Program-made: the position numbers and the translations under genes | Source: a virus | Lineage: Duplodnaviria > Caudoviricetes | IMG/VR virus record: IMGVR_UViG_3300009873_000004 | Location: 1-64,000 of that record | Length of the DNA: 64,000 bases | Reading direction: 5' to 3' (one strand) | Notes under the pieces: generated by a model | The model's input: the letters and a program-made list of their open reading frames with translations, nothing else | Database searches by the model: none | What the model was told of the DNA's origin: nothing | Shown here: positions 17,837 to 26,753 of the stretch, one piece after another | How the letters are laid out: every line of letters begins with the position of its first letter | Numbering within the stretch: the first letter of the stretch is position 1

Positions 17837-18208
17837 TCAGGCACTCGGCGGCAGGGCGGGAATGTTGAAAAGCTCCCGCGCATTGTCGTAGATCGAGTTG
17901 AGCAGCGAAGCGCCCACGGCCACAAGCGAGGCAGTCGCCACGGCCGGGTCGACCCAGGTTGGGACCCCGATCACATCGATCACACCCGGCAGGCTGACGG
18001 CGTAAACCACCAGTTGCAGGCCCAACCAGCCGACCAGTTTGGGCACGACGTTGGTGCGGTAGAAGTTGGCGACCACGTCCCACTGGAAGACGCCACGCTT
18101 GACGGCCGAGGCGATTCCCAGAATGACATCCGCTGCGATCAGCACCACCAGCGCCAGGGCCAGCGCTCCGTACTTGTCCAGAAAGCCCGTCAGGATTGCT
18201 TCCAACAT
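17837..18208 (-). CDS. holin
   Basis: Three hydrophobic segments; D.ILG...A.K.G.F.W pattern typical of phage holins. Confidence 0.7.
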   Translation of the reverse strand: MLEAILTGFLDKYGALALALVVLIAADVILGIASAVKRGVFQWDVVANFYRTNVVPKLVGWLGLQLVVYAVSLPGVIDVIGVPTWVDPAVATASLVAVGASLLNSIYDNARELFNIPALPPSA

Positions 18209-18217
18209 CTCAACCTC

Positions 18218-19087
18218 CTAATTCCACAAGGGCCGCAAGGCGTATTGATAGCCGAGCGTGTTCCGATAATCCCCCTCGATCGAGGCCGTCTGCCACTCGT
18301 AAGCCGCCAGATAGTGGGCGGTGGCCGGGCGCACGATCGCCCCGCCGTAGCCGCTGTCGCCGTAATACTCTTCCTGGGCCTCGAACAGGATCGACTGAAG
18401 CTCGCGCTCCACGTCGTCGACGGCCAGTTGCAGGTTGGCCGGGACCTTGCTCTTGTCGACCGTCATGCCGCGCACCGTCTCGCGCCACATGAAGTTCAGC
18501 CGTGCGCCTGTCCGCAGATGGGTGCCCAGGAAGGCCCGCTCGCAGCAGACCATCAGGAAAGCGATCTGGGCTCGGCTGCGCGAGAAGAGCACCCCGTTCA
18601 GGCTGGGCTCGTTGCCATCGGAGTCGACCACGTACAGGTTGGCCGAGGCTTCCGTGGCCGGGTTGCCCGCCGAGTCATGCACCTGGTAGCCCCGCCGCCA
18701 GCGGCCCTCCATGTGATCGAAGCCGCGCAGGAGGAACTGGAGCACTTGCAGGCTGGTCCAGGGCGTAAAGGTGTAGCTGGCGAACGGCTGGGCCTGCGGA
18801 GCGGCATTCAGCGTGATCTCGCCCGTATCGTAGTTGGCCGAACCAGCCGCCGCCGAGCCGCTCGTCACCACCGCCAGGGACCCCGAAGTCAGGATGGGCG
18901 CGTAGTTGGTGTGGAAGGTCCGGTTGACGCCGTCCACCACCCCATGCAAGGGGTCCAGGGAAATGGCCTGCTGCTCCAGGACCCGCCCGAAACGCGCAAA
19001 GTCGCGAATGCCCTGCACCGCCAGGTCGTAGCCCGACAGGGCGGTCGAGATGGGCGTGCCGGTGCCGCCGCCAATCCAGTCGCTCAT
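18218..19087 (-). CDS. head-tail connector / neck protein
   Basis: 289 aa; N-terminal beta module (GEITLNAAP) plus helical adaptor-like half; position. Confidence 0.55.
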   Translation of the reverse strand: MSDWIGGGTGTPISTALSGYDLAVQGIRDFARFGRVLEQQAISLDPLHGVVDGVNRTFHTNYAPILTSGSLAVVTSGSAAAGSANYDTGEITLNAAPQAQPFASYTFTPWTSLQVLQFLLRGFDHMEGRWRRGYQVHDSAGNPATEASANLYVVDSDGNEPSLNGVLFSRSRAQIAFLMVCCERAFLGTHLRTGARLNFMWRETVRGMTVDKSKVPANLQLAVDDVERELQSILFEAQEEYYGDSGYGGAIVRPATAHYLAAYEWQTASIEGDYRNTLGYQYALRPLWN

Positions 19088-19620
19088 GCGCTGAAGGTCT
19101 CCGTGTCCGGGTTGCTGAAGGCATAGCCATCGGCAAAGCGGAAGATAAAGTACGTGCCAGGTGCCAGGTAGGGCCGCTGGCCGTGCGCATCGCGAGCCAC
19201 CCCCAGGGAGTCGGTCGTGCCGACCCAGATCACCTGCTCGCCGTCACTGTCGGCCGTGATCTGGATCTGCGCCCCGGCGATCGGATCGCTGTTGTCCGAG
19301 CGTGTCAGGGTGTAGGTCAGGTAGCGGGCGGCCAGGACCGGCGAAAGCACGTTGAAGGACAGGTTCTGCTGCGCCGCGCCTGGAGCCGTGACCCTGACCG
19401 CCAGGTCGCCGGGCGTATCGGTCTCGGCGGCGGTGAAGTCGTAGAAGTACCAGCCCGAGCCGATCTCGCCCGACGAGCCGGAAGAAGCCGCAAAGGCCGC
19501 GCCATTCTTGGACAGGGCGACGGTCAGCGTCAGGCCGGTCAACTCGTCGTTGTTAGAGTCGACCATGACAAAGGTCTTGCGCTGAGGCTGCGCCAGCAGG
19601 AGATCCGGACAGAACGTCAT
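19084..19620 (-). CDS. virion accessory Ig-like protein
   Basis: TGLTLTVALSKNGAAF...GWYFYDFTAAETDTPGDL and a carboxypeptidase-regulatory-like GTY..F module. Confidence 0.55.
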   Translation of the reverse strand: MTFCPDLLLAQPQRKTFVMVDSNNDELTGLTLTVALSKNGAAFAASSGSSGEIGSGWYFYDFTAAETDTPGDLAVRVTAPGAAQQNLSFNVLSPVLAARYLTYTLTRSDNSDPIAGAQIQITADSDGEQVIWVGTTDSLGVARDAHGQRPYLAPGTYFIFRFADGYAFSNPDTETFSA

Positions 19621-22575
19621 TTAGCGCATCTTCCTGAACATGCCTTTGAACATCGCCTTCCAGCGTGTATCGCCTGTGCCTTCCGCCACGATCACCAGCC
19701 TGCCGCGCCCCAGGCTCACCCCGAAGCCCACCCCGTCCAGTTGGCCCCGTCCCAGAATGCTTGCCACCACTAGCGCCTGCCCGATCGTCAGGCCGTACAG
19801 CGCCCCACTCCCAATCCCTTCACCCGCCCCATACGCCCAGGCCGTGCCCCACACCTGGCCTTGCAAGACTGCCAAGCCGTAGAGCGGAGCCTGGGTGTGA
19901 GCCAGCCCGCGCCCTTGCGCCATCAAAGCGCCCGTTGCGCTCGGAGCCGCCAGGGCCAGGGCACTTCCAGCCGCCTGTCCATTCAAGGCCAGCCGCGCCA
20001 GCAGCCCGCCGTAAGCCAGGGCGTAGCTGCGAGCCAGGCCCGAGAGCGCCCCTTCCGTCAGGCCCTGGGCCAGGGCCAGCGCCAGGGCGTAGCCCCGCGC
20101 CTGACCGGCCAGCGAGCCCAGGGCCTGCGGGCTGGCCTGCGCCCAGGACAATCCGCTGGCCTGGGCTTGCAGACTGCCCAGGCCGCTGGCCTGCGCCAGC
20201 GCCAGGCTGATTCCAACGGCCCGGCCGGAAATGGATCCCAGGGCCAGGCCTTGCACCAATCCGAAGGCCAGCGCCTCGCCAAAAGCCTGGCCGCTCAGGG
20301 CTCCCAACCCAGCCAGGTTGCCAAAGGCCAGCGCCACCGCCCGCGACTGGCCGTTCAGGGCCAGCGAGCCGCTCAGGGTGCCCAGGACCCAGGCTTCCCC
20401 GAAGGCCCGGCTGGACAGGCTGCCGATCGCGCTGGGAAGCCCTACAGCCTGCCCATTCCCGTAGGCCCGAGCATTTAGGCTCACCAGCCCCGAAAGGCCC
20501 CCCAGCGCCGCGCCTGTGCCCCTGGCCTGCCCATTTAGGGCCAGGTTGCCCAGCAGGTTTGCCAGCGCTCGGGCTGAGCCCCAGGCCAGCCCGGACAGCG
20601 CTCCCTCGACCAGGCCCTGCGCCAGGCCGTAAGCCGCCGCCACGCCTCGCGCCTGGGCGCTGAGCGCTCCCATTCCAGTTAGAGCGCCCTGTCCCTGGGC
20701 CGTGCCATAGCTCTGGGCATTTAGCGCCAGGTCGGCCAGCAGGTCGGCCAGGATGTAGGCGCTGCCCCGCGCCTGAGCATTCAGGGCACCACTGCCGGTG
20801 AGTGCGCCCTGGGAAAAAGTGGATCCAGCCGCCTGCCCGGACAACGCTCCGGGTGAGTTGATCTGGGTCAGGGTCCAGGCGCTACCGATCACCCGGCCAA
20901 ACAACGCGCCCAGTCCGGCCAGAGCGCCCTGCCCCTGGCTGCTGCCCCGCGCCCGGCCTACCAACCCGGTCGTGACTTCAACATCGAACGAGCGCGTGGC
21001 CGACCAGGAGCCGTAAGTGTTGGAGCCGGACGGGTCGATGCCGCGCACCCGCCAGAAGTACAGCCCGTCGTCCAGGGCATCCCCGGCCTGGACCGTAAAG
21101 CTCACCTGTTGCCCGCTGGCAAACGGATCGCTGTTGTCCGGCGAGCCCGAGAAGCCGCTGTCGGTGCCCGAGACCTTGTCCAGCAACAGGCCTTCTTCGT
21201 AGACTCGGAACTTCAGGTCGTACTGCGGCTGGGCTCCGTTGTTGGCCGGTTGCGCTCCGTCGTTGTAAAGATTGCCATTGTGCGCCGAGCCGGAAGTCAG
21301 GGCGTCGGCGTCAATCGCAATCGAGTTTTCGAAGGTGCGATCAGTTGGAACCCAGTCGATGACCAGCACATATTTCTCGCCCGCCGTCAACCGCACCCGG
21401 TTGGCCCCGGAAAAGTCCAGGGTGCGCCAGTCCTTTCCCGATACCCCCGGTGCGAACGGCAAGGCATCGGAGATCGCCAGCCAGCCGGGCGTGGGCGTGT
21501 CGGCCGGGAGCGCGGCGTTTAGGGGCTCGGAACTGGTGCCGAATGTTCCATCATGCGTATAGATCCGGCAGTAAGCGCTGCCGCTGGTGGCCGCAGGCGT
21601 GCTCTCGTGCGCTCCAAAGAAGACCTCGACGCTGTCGATAAGGCCGCCATTGGCCGTAAAGCTCTGGCCGGGTCGGTCATCTATCTGGATGTTGCCATTC
21701 CAGGCCGTGGCAGAAGCATCCGGGTTAGGGTGCATGACCACCCCGGAGGCCGTCTCCAGTTTGTCCTGGAGTGCCACCCCGGAGGTGAAGTCCGAGCTAT
21801 CGCTGATCTGGATGTTGTAACGGACATCATCGCCATCCGGATCCGTGCCGGTAAACGCCAGCGTCGGCGTTTCGTCGTTGAAGACCGTCTCGTCGGCCGT
21901 GTCCTGGGCCACGGTCGGCGGATCGCCCGCGTCCGCCTCGTAGTACACCGCGACCGCAAAGCCAAAGGTCGTGCTTTGACCTGTGGCGCTGCGGTTCCAG
22001 CCGACTGTTTCGGACGTACCATCGGCAATCAGGTAGCCGGTTCCGGCAACGTTGCCGCCCTGGTCCCAATCATCCAGAACGGACAGGTTATCGCCAGCCG
22101 CCACGTTGTTGTCCTGGCTGGCGTAGCCGCCGATGACCAGCGCCCCGATGACAGTCGTGACGGTAACAGTCGTCGGATCACTATTGGCGCTGGAACTGTC
22201 GTTGTCGAGCAGGTCTAGAGCGGCATCGCTCTCCGAGTAGGAAACAGCGATGTTTAAGATCAGCGCACCGGTGGTCGTCCCGTTGCCACTGAAGTTCACT
22301 ACCACGTCATACGTGCCAGACGGCGGATCGTACAGCCGCCAGGTGTCACTGAATGGCGCGGTATCGCCCGAAGTGGCGTCCCGCGTCATGTTGTTGCCGT
22401 CCGCCGTGACGCTGGTTGGATCGCCACCCGCGCCCTGAACGGAGATTACATTGACGAAGACATTCAAAATACCATGCGCCATCGAGGGGACGGTAACAGA
22501 GATCGTCCGCTGGATGGTGATGACATTCGAAATGTCAACGGCCGTAGCCGCCTGGGTCGGCGGGTCGATCGCCAT
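19621..22575 (-). CDS. large virion fibre/decoration protein with C-terminal Gly/Ala/Leu repeats
   Basis: 984 aa; Ser/Thr/Asp-rich N-terminus; FN3-like DGLYFWRVRG.D; about 400 aa of GAL.GQA.G.A repeats. Confidence 0.6.
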   Translation of the reverse strand: MAIDPPTQAATAVDISNVITIQRTISVTVPSMAHGILNVFVNVISVQGAGGDPTSVTADGNNMTRDATSGDTAPFSDTWRLYDPPSGTYDVVVNFSGNGTTTGALILNIAVSYSESDAALDLLDNDSSSANSDPTTVTVTTVIGALVIGGYASQDNNVAAGDNLSVLDDWDQGGNVAGTGYLIADGTSETVGWNRSATGQSTTFGFAVAVYYEADAGDPPTVAQDTADETVFNDETPTLAFTGTDPDGDDVRYNIQISDSSDFTSGVALQDKLETASGVVMHPNPDASATAWNGNIQIDDRPGQSFTANGGLIDSVEVFFGAHESTPAATSGSAYCRIYTHDGTFGTSSEPLNAALPADTPTPGWLAISDALPFAPGVSGKDWRTLDFSGANRVRLTAGEKYVLVIDWVPTDRTFENSIAIDADALTSGSAHNGNLYNDGAQPANNGAQPQYDLKFRVYEEGLLLDKVSGTDSGFSGSPDNSDPFASGQQVSFTVQAGDALDDGLYFWRVRGIDPSGSNTYGSWSATRSFDVEVTTGLVGRARGSSQGQGALAGLGALFGRVIGSAWTLTQINSPGALSGQAAGSTFSQGALTGSGALNAQARGSAYILADLLADLALNAQSYGTAQGQGALTGMGALSAQARGVAAAYGLAQGLVEGALSGLAWGSARALANLLGNLALNGQARGTGAALGGLSGLVSLNARAYGNGQAVGLPSAIGSLSSRAFGEAWVLGTLSGSLALNGQSRAVALAFGNLAGLGALSGQAFGEALAFGLVQGLALGSISGRAVGISLALAQASGLGSLQAQASGLSWAQASPQALGSLAGQARGYALALALAQGLTEGALSGLARSYALAYGGLLARLALNGQAAGSALALAAPSATGALMAQGRGLAHTQAPLYGLAVLQGQVWGTAWAYGAGEGIGSGALYGLTIGQALVVASILGRGQLDGVGFGVSLGRGRLVIVAEGTGDTRWKAMFKGMFRKMR

Positions 22576-22587
22576 GCGACCTGCCGG

Positions 22588-23283
22588 TTAGTCTTCCTGG
22601 ATCACCAGCGCCCCGATGGCGAACTCGGGTGTCACGTTCTGGCTGATCGACAGCGTGCGAGCCTCATACGCCACCCCGTCGCCGACCGCCGAGATGTTGA
22701 CCGCGCCGCCGCCCTGGGTTTCTGAGACGGTGATGTCATCGCCGGAGACCGTGATCACCCAGTACAGGGTGCCCTCGGTGATGCCGGTCGGGAGCGAAGA
22801 GCCAAAGGCCGGGTAGAAAGCCACCCGCTCGTCGACCGCCAGGGTGTGGCCCGGAATGGTGATCGTGTCGTCGGTCTTGGCCGTGAAGGGTCCCTGGCAG
22901 ACGGTGCCCAGGGGTCCCTTGTAGAGCACCATGCCCGCGCCCGATCCGGCCGTGCCCAGCGCCCAGTGAGTCGCCACCTGGGCCGCCCCGGCGTCGGTGC
23001 GCTGGGGGAAGGTGATGGCCGCCGCATTGGAGACCTGGTTGGACGAGACCGTCCAGCCGGAGGCCGTGCGCACGATCCCACGCCGGACGTAAGGCGTGTA
23101 GGTGACTTCGTTGGTGGTCTGATCGCCGGTCTCGCCCACCTCGCCGGTATGCAGCGAGCAGTAGAGCGAGCCGCCTGTGGCCGAGGGCTGGAGGCCGGAC
23201 GAGTCGCCGATCAGGCCGATGGCCTCGTTCAGAAAGATCAGGTCCAGGAGTTCGTTCTCAAAAACGTCGCTCTTAGACGACAT
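22588..23283 (-). CDS. virion accessory (fibre-associated) protein
   Basis: LYCSLHTG...NEVTYTPYVR...NAAAITFP...ITPEFAIGAL pattern common in phage structural modules. Confidence 0.6.
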   Translation of the reverse strand: MSSKSDVFENELLDLIFLNEAIGLIGDSSGLQPSATGGSLYCSLHTGEVGETGDQTTNEVTYTPYVRRGIVRTASGWTVSSNQVSNAAAITFPQRTDAGAAQVATHWALGTAGSGAGMVLYKGPLGTVCQGPFTAKTDDTITIPGHTLAVDERVAFYPAFGSSLPTGITEGTLYWVITVSGDDITVSETQGGGAVNISAVGDGVAYEARTLSISQNVTPEFAIGALVIQED

Positions 23284-23293
23284 GGGTTACTCC

Positions 23294-23875
23294 TTAGTTC
23301 GGCAGCCGGTCGATCCGCGCCAGTTCCTTCTGGACCAGTTCGATCACGCTGCGCCGGGCCTGCCAGCGCTTCTCCAGATCGAGCAGGGCGTGCAGAAACG
23401 GCCGGTGGGTCTCGCGCAGGTAAGCGACCGTGACGCGGGTGTTGTCGGTGCGCGGCTGGCCGTTGTCATTGACCAACTGGCCGATAGTGATCATCGCCTT
23501 CTGCTGGGGGTTGAGTTCTTTGGCCTCGACCGAGCACAGGTGGTAGACGAACTGGCGCTGGTCGGGCTTGAGCAGGTTGTCCCACTTCTGGGCGATCGCC
23601 AGGTCGCGCTCGACGGGCGGCTCGGTCGCCCGAGCGCCCTCGAACTTGCCGGTCTTCAGATCGCGCCGGAAGATTCCGTGCTGCTCGTAAACCGGATGAA
23701 CCTCCACCCAGCGGTTGGGCGGCAGGATCAGATCGGGTACGTCTTCCTTGGGCCGGGGGCTGGGATAAGCCAGCGTCCCCGGCCCAGGATTGCGCACGTA
23801 CAGCCGCTCATTACCGGGCGCGAGCAGCGCTTCAGCGGCAGCCGCCGCTGCTTTGGTAGCCGATTTGGTTGGCAT
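23294..23875 (-). CDS. hypothetical head-associated protein
   Basis: Directly downstream of the capsid gene; RBS AGGAG. Confidence 0.6.
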   Translation of the reverse strand: MPTKSATKAAAAAAEALLAPGNERLYVRNPGPGTLAYPSPRPKEDVPDLILPPNRWVEVHPVYEQHGIFRRDLKTGKFEGARATEPPVERDLAIAQKWDNLLKPDQRQFVYHLCSVEAKELNPQQKAMITIGQLVNDNGQPRTDNTRVTVAYLRETHRPFLHALLDLEKRWQARRSVIELVQKELARIDRLPN

Positions 23876-23890
23876 GCCTGATCTCCTAAG

Positions 23891-23904
23891 TTCCAGATTT
23901 GGAA
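23891..23904. promoter_or_regulatory. 14-bp palindromic site, copy 3 (TTCCAGATTTGGAA)
   Basis: 5 nt after the capsid stop, before the next RBS. Confidence 0.65.
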
Positions 23905-23909
23905 GCCGG

Positions 23910-24872
23910 TTAGCTGATGCGGATGCGGGCCAGGGTCAGCGCCGAGCCGACGTAGTACGAGTGCTCGGCATCGCGGATGGCGTGCAGGTCGACGCCCTTG
24001 GTGATGTCGACATCGCTGGCGACGTTCACCGAGCCCTTGGTCAGGTGCCAGCCGACCATGTCGGCCGGTCCCGCAAACAGCACCTCGTTGGTCGGGAAGT
24101 TCGGGTTGGTGAACCAGTCCACCCCGCCATAGTTCATCAGAATCAGGGTCCGCAGCAGTTGGCGGGCCTCTTCGGGCGGCAGTTGGAAGTTGGTGCCGCC
24201 CCAGTTGAAGTCGCCCATCGCCATCAGCGTGGCGGGGTTCGCCAGGGCGCGAGTGACCGGATAGCCGATCTCGGCCTGGTCCTTGAGCACCGTGTCGACG
24301 ATGGTCTTGGACAGGTTGGTCGCCACCAGGTACTCGTGCGACGGCAGGATGGCCGCCCGCAGGGTGTTGCCCGCCAGTTCATCGCGCTTGCGGGCGAGTT
24401 CGGCCGTGGCGTATTCCATCTGCCGCGCCAGGTAGTTCCAGCCCGCCCGGCGCAGGGCCTTCCACGGCACTTCGACGCCAGTGTCGAAGGTCACGAACTC
24501 CGGCCGGACCCAGGAGAAGCCCGAGCGGACGTACATGATCTCGGAGTCTTCGTGGGTCTGGAAGGCCAGGGCGACGATGTCCTCGACCGGGATGGTGGCG
24601 TCTTCCAACTCGCCCACGTTCCAGGGCTGGTAGAAGACGTCATACATCTCCTGGTAGGGGATGATCTGCCGGATCGGATCCACAAACTGCTGGGCCAGCA
24701 GTTCATGGTCTTCCCGCGAGCCCGAGCGCGACAATTCCGCCAGGAAGGCGTCCATGTCGGCCTGGTTGATGCTGTCGCGGGAAGCGGTCAACTGGTTGCC
24801 CGCCAGGTCGTGCGTCCCGACCGTGTAGCGGCGGTTCTTGAAGTCGTAACCAACGCAGTCTTTGAGAAGCAT
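23910..24872 (-). CDS. major capsid protein (HK97 fold)
   Basis: 320 aa after protease and decoration genes; VEVPW..L...W..L.RQ...A..E...K.D pattern. Confidence 0.85.
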   Translation of the reverse strand: MLLKDCVGYDFKNRRYTVGTHDLAGNQLTASRDSINQADMDAFLAELSRSGSREDHELLAQQFVDPIRQIIPYQEMYDVFYQPWNVGELEDATIPVEDIVALAFQTHEDSEIMYVRSGFSWVRPEFVTFDTGVEVPWKALRRAGWNYLARQMEYATAELARKRDELAGNTLRAAILPSHEYLVATNLSKTIVDTVLKDQAEIGYPVTRALANPATLMAMGDFNWGGTNFQLPPEEARQLLRTLILMNYGGVDWFTNPNFPTNEVLFAGPADMVGWHLTKGSVNVASDVDITKGVDLHAIRDAEHSYYVGSALTLARIRIS

Positions 24873-24895
24873 GCTCAGGTCCTCCTGCCGGTTGG

Positions 24896-25360
24896 TTACG
24901 GCTCAAAGTGGAACATGACGACCGCCAGCGATTGCAGAGCTCCGGTTCCACCGACCGGCTCCGTGCGCTTGACGGTCTGGACGTAGGTGCCAACCTTGTT
25001 GGCCGTAACGTTGGTCGTCCACTTGCCTGACTGGCTGGCGTAGATCGCCGTGCCGGGGGTGGACGGCAGCGCCGCTTCGTCGAAGAAGTCGACGCTCATG
25101 GCGGCAAAGCCCTGCCCGGTGACGAGCACGACCTCTTCGCCCGAGTCGTAGGTCTGGCTCGCCGGGCGGTACTCGCGGTAGCGCAGGCCGAACAGGAAGC
25201 CGAAGGGCTTGGTGGCAGCCGCCGACCCGGAGGTCGTGACCGTCGAGCCGGAGGTGTCCAGCTTCGCCATCAACCCCTGGTAGTAGCCCGAGGTCGAGGT
25301 CTTCAGCCCCTTGCCGTAGCGGATCCCCCCATTCATCAGTTGAAAGACTTTAGCGGCCAT
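24896..25360 (-). CDS. capsid decoration/cement protein
   Basis: 154 aa between protease and capsid; beta-tulip-like G..V.L..G.G and SGKWT; 2 TSGS. Confidence 0.7.
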   Translation of the reverse strand: MAAKVFQLMNGGIRYGKGLKTSTSGYYQGLMAKLDTSGSTVTTSGSAAATKPFGFLFGLRYREYRPASQTYDSGEEVVLVTGQGFAAMSVDFFDEAALPSTPGTAIYASQSGKWTTNVTANKVGTYVQTVKRTEPVGGTGALQSLAVVMFHFEP

Positions 25361-25375
25361 TCTTCATTCTCCCGT

Positions 25376-26617
25376 TTAGCGCAGGCTGATCTTGCGAGCG
25401 CCGTTCTGAGGTGCGCCAGCGTCGGGTTCTGGCAGGCCACCCCGCAGTCCCCCGCCCAATTGCACCCGCGAGCGCCTGCCCTCTTCCAGGGAGGCCACCA
25501 CGGTATTGAAAGCGTCGTCATCGAGGCCCAGCAGGGTGTCCTGCTTCTCGGCCGCGACCAGATCCTTGAGCCGAGTCTTGCGCTCGGTCTGCTTGCGCTC
25601 GGCCTCGGTCTTCTCGGCCTGGGCGATCTTGGCTTCAGCCGCCGTCAGCGCCTCGGCCTTGGCCGTCAGGTCGGCCTCCGCCTGAGCCCTGGCGGCTTCG
25701 AGCGTGGTCTTCTCCTGGGTCAGCGTCTCGACCTGCGCTTCCAGGGTGGCGGTCTTTTCCTCGGCCGCCGTCTTGGCCTTAAGGGCCTCGTTCAAGTCGG
25801 CCAGCAGGGCAGCCGCGCTCATCGACCGGCCGCACTTGCCGCACTTATCGCCCTCGCCCTCGGCACCACAATGGGGGCATTTGTGCATCGGTTCCTCCTC
25901 TTCAGCTTCAGCATGGTTGGCGACGAAGTACATCTGGTTGCGATCGAAAACGGTGTCGCTGCCAGCCGGATTGCGGACAATGCCCGCGCCCTTGCCGCGC
26001 AGCCCCCGCAGTTGGCGGCGGGCACCGGATTTCTTCTTGGAACGGAGATGCTCGCAGTAGTCGCGGCGGGCCGTAAAGGCGTTGCCGCAAGCCGAGCAGG
26101 TAACGGTGGTGGCGTCGGCTTCGACCGAGAGCTTGTGGGTCCCGGCCTGCACCCCGGCGATCTCGTCTGGGTAGCGGTCAACCCACAGCAGGCCGTCAAT
26201 GGCGAGGGACTTCTTGCCTTTGAAGGTGACGGCGCGAGCGGCCGAGACGAACCCGGCGTTTTCCTGCTGGTGATGCTCGATGTCGATTGCCCGGCCGACG
26301 ATAGTGGTCGCCAGTTCCTCGATCCCGTCGTCGAAGATCTCGTCGTTGTTGCGGTTGGTCTCGACGTGGCACAGAATGGCGTTCTTGAAATGCAGCAGAT
26401 CGCCGTCTTCCGTGGCCTGAAGAGTCAGATCGAGGGTGCCGTTGACTTGCGCGAAGGAGAGAAGATCGGAGAGGTCGGCCGCTTCCAGTTCGCCCTTGTT
26501 GAGCATGTCCTGGCCGATGGCCCAGGCCCGATCGCGGCGCTCAGAATCAGGAAGATCCGGATAGAAATCCGGATCCGCGAGTCGGCTCTGGACGAATCGT
26601 TCGACAACCTTTGGCAC
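25376..26617 (-). CDS. prohead protease / scaffold protein
   Basis: N.N.DEI, ID.EH, LS.E...CSAC...YCEHL motifs followed by an Ala/Glu/Lys coiled coil. Confidence 0.75.
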   Translation of the reverse strand: MPKVVERFVQSRLADPDFYPDLPDSERRDRAWAIGQDMLNKGELEAADLSDLLSFAQVNGTLDLTLQATEDGDLLHFKNAILCHVETNRNNDEIFDDGIEELATTIVGRAIDIEHHQQENAGFVSAARAVTFKGKKSLAIDGLLWVDRYPDEIAGVQAGTHKLSVEADATTVTCSACGNAFTARRDYCEHLRSKKKSGARRQLRGLRGKGAGIVRNPAGSDTVFDRNQMYFVANHAEAEEEEPMHKCPHCGAEGEGDKCGKCGRSMSAAALLADLNEALKAKTAAEEKTATLEAQVETLTQEKTTLEAARAQAEADLTAKAEALTAAEAKIAQAEKTEAERKQTERKTRLKDLVAAEKQDTLLGLDDDAFNTVVASLEEGRRSRVQLGGGLRGGLPEPDAGAPQNGARKISLR

Positions 26618-26641
26618 TCAGCCCGTTGGACGCCAGGCTGC

Positions 26642-26682
26642 AAATAAAAAAAGAGAGCGGGGGCTTTATGCGCCCTGCTCTC
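26642..26682 (-). terminator. intrinsic terminator in the leader of the head operon
   Basis: GAGAGCAGGGCGC-ATAAA-GCCCCCGCTCTC followed by TTTTTTTATTT on the minus strand. Confidence 0.65.
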
Positions 26683-26722
26683 CTGGAAAAAACGACCCTA
26701 AATTCGTGATGCGCTTGCGCAC

Positions 26723-26750
26723 ATCATAACCAAATTTTGGGCTATGTCAA
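26723..26750 (-). promoter_or_regulatory. sigma70-like promoter
   Basis: TTGACA-N16-TATGAT on the minus strand. Confidence 0.65.
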
Positions 26751-26753
26751 GCG

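Noticed and set aside
4792-25255. ACCTCCGGCTC as a DNA-level repeat
   Set aside because: All copies are in the same reading frame and about half use synonymous variants, which points to peptide-level selection; kept as the TSGS finding
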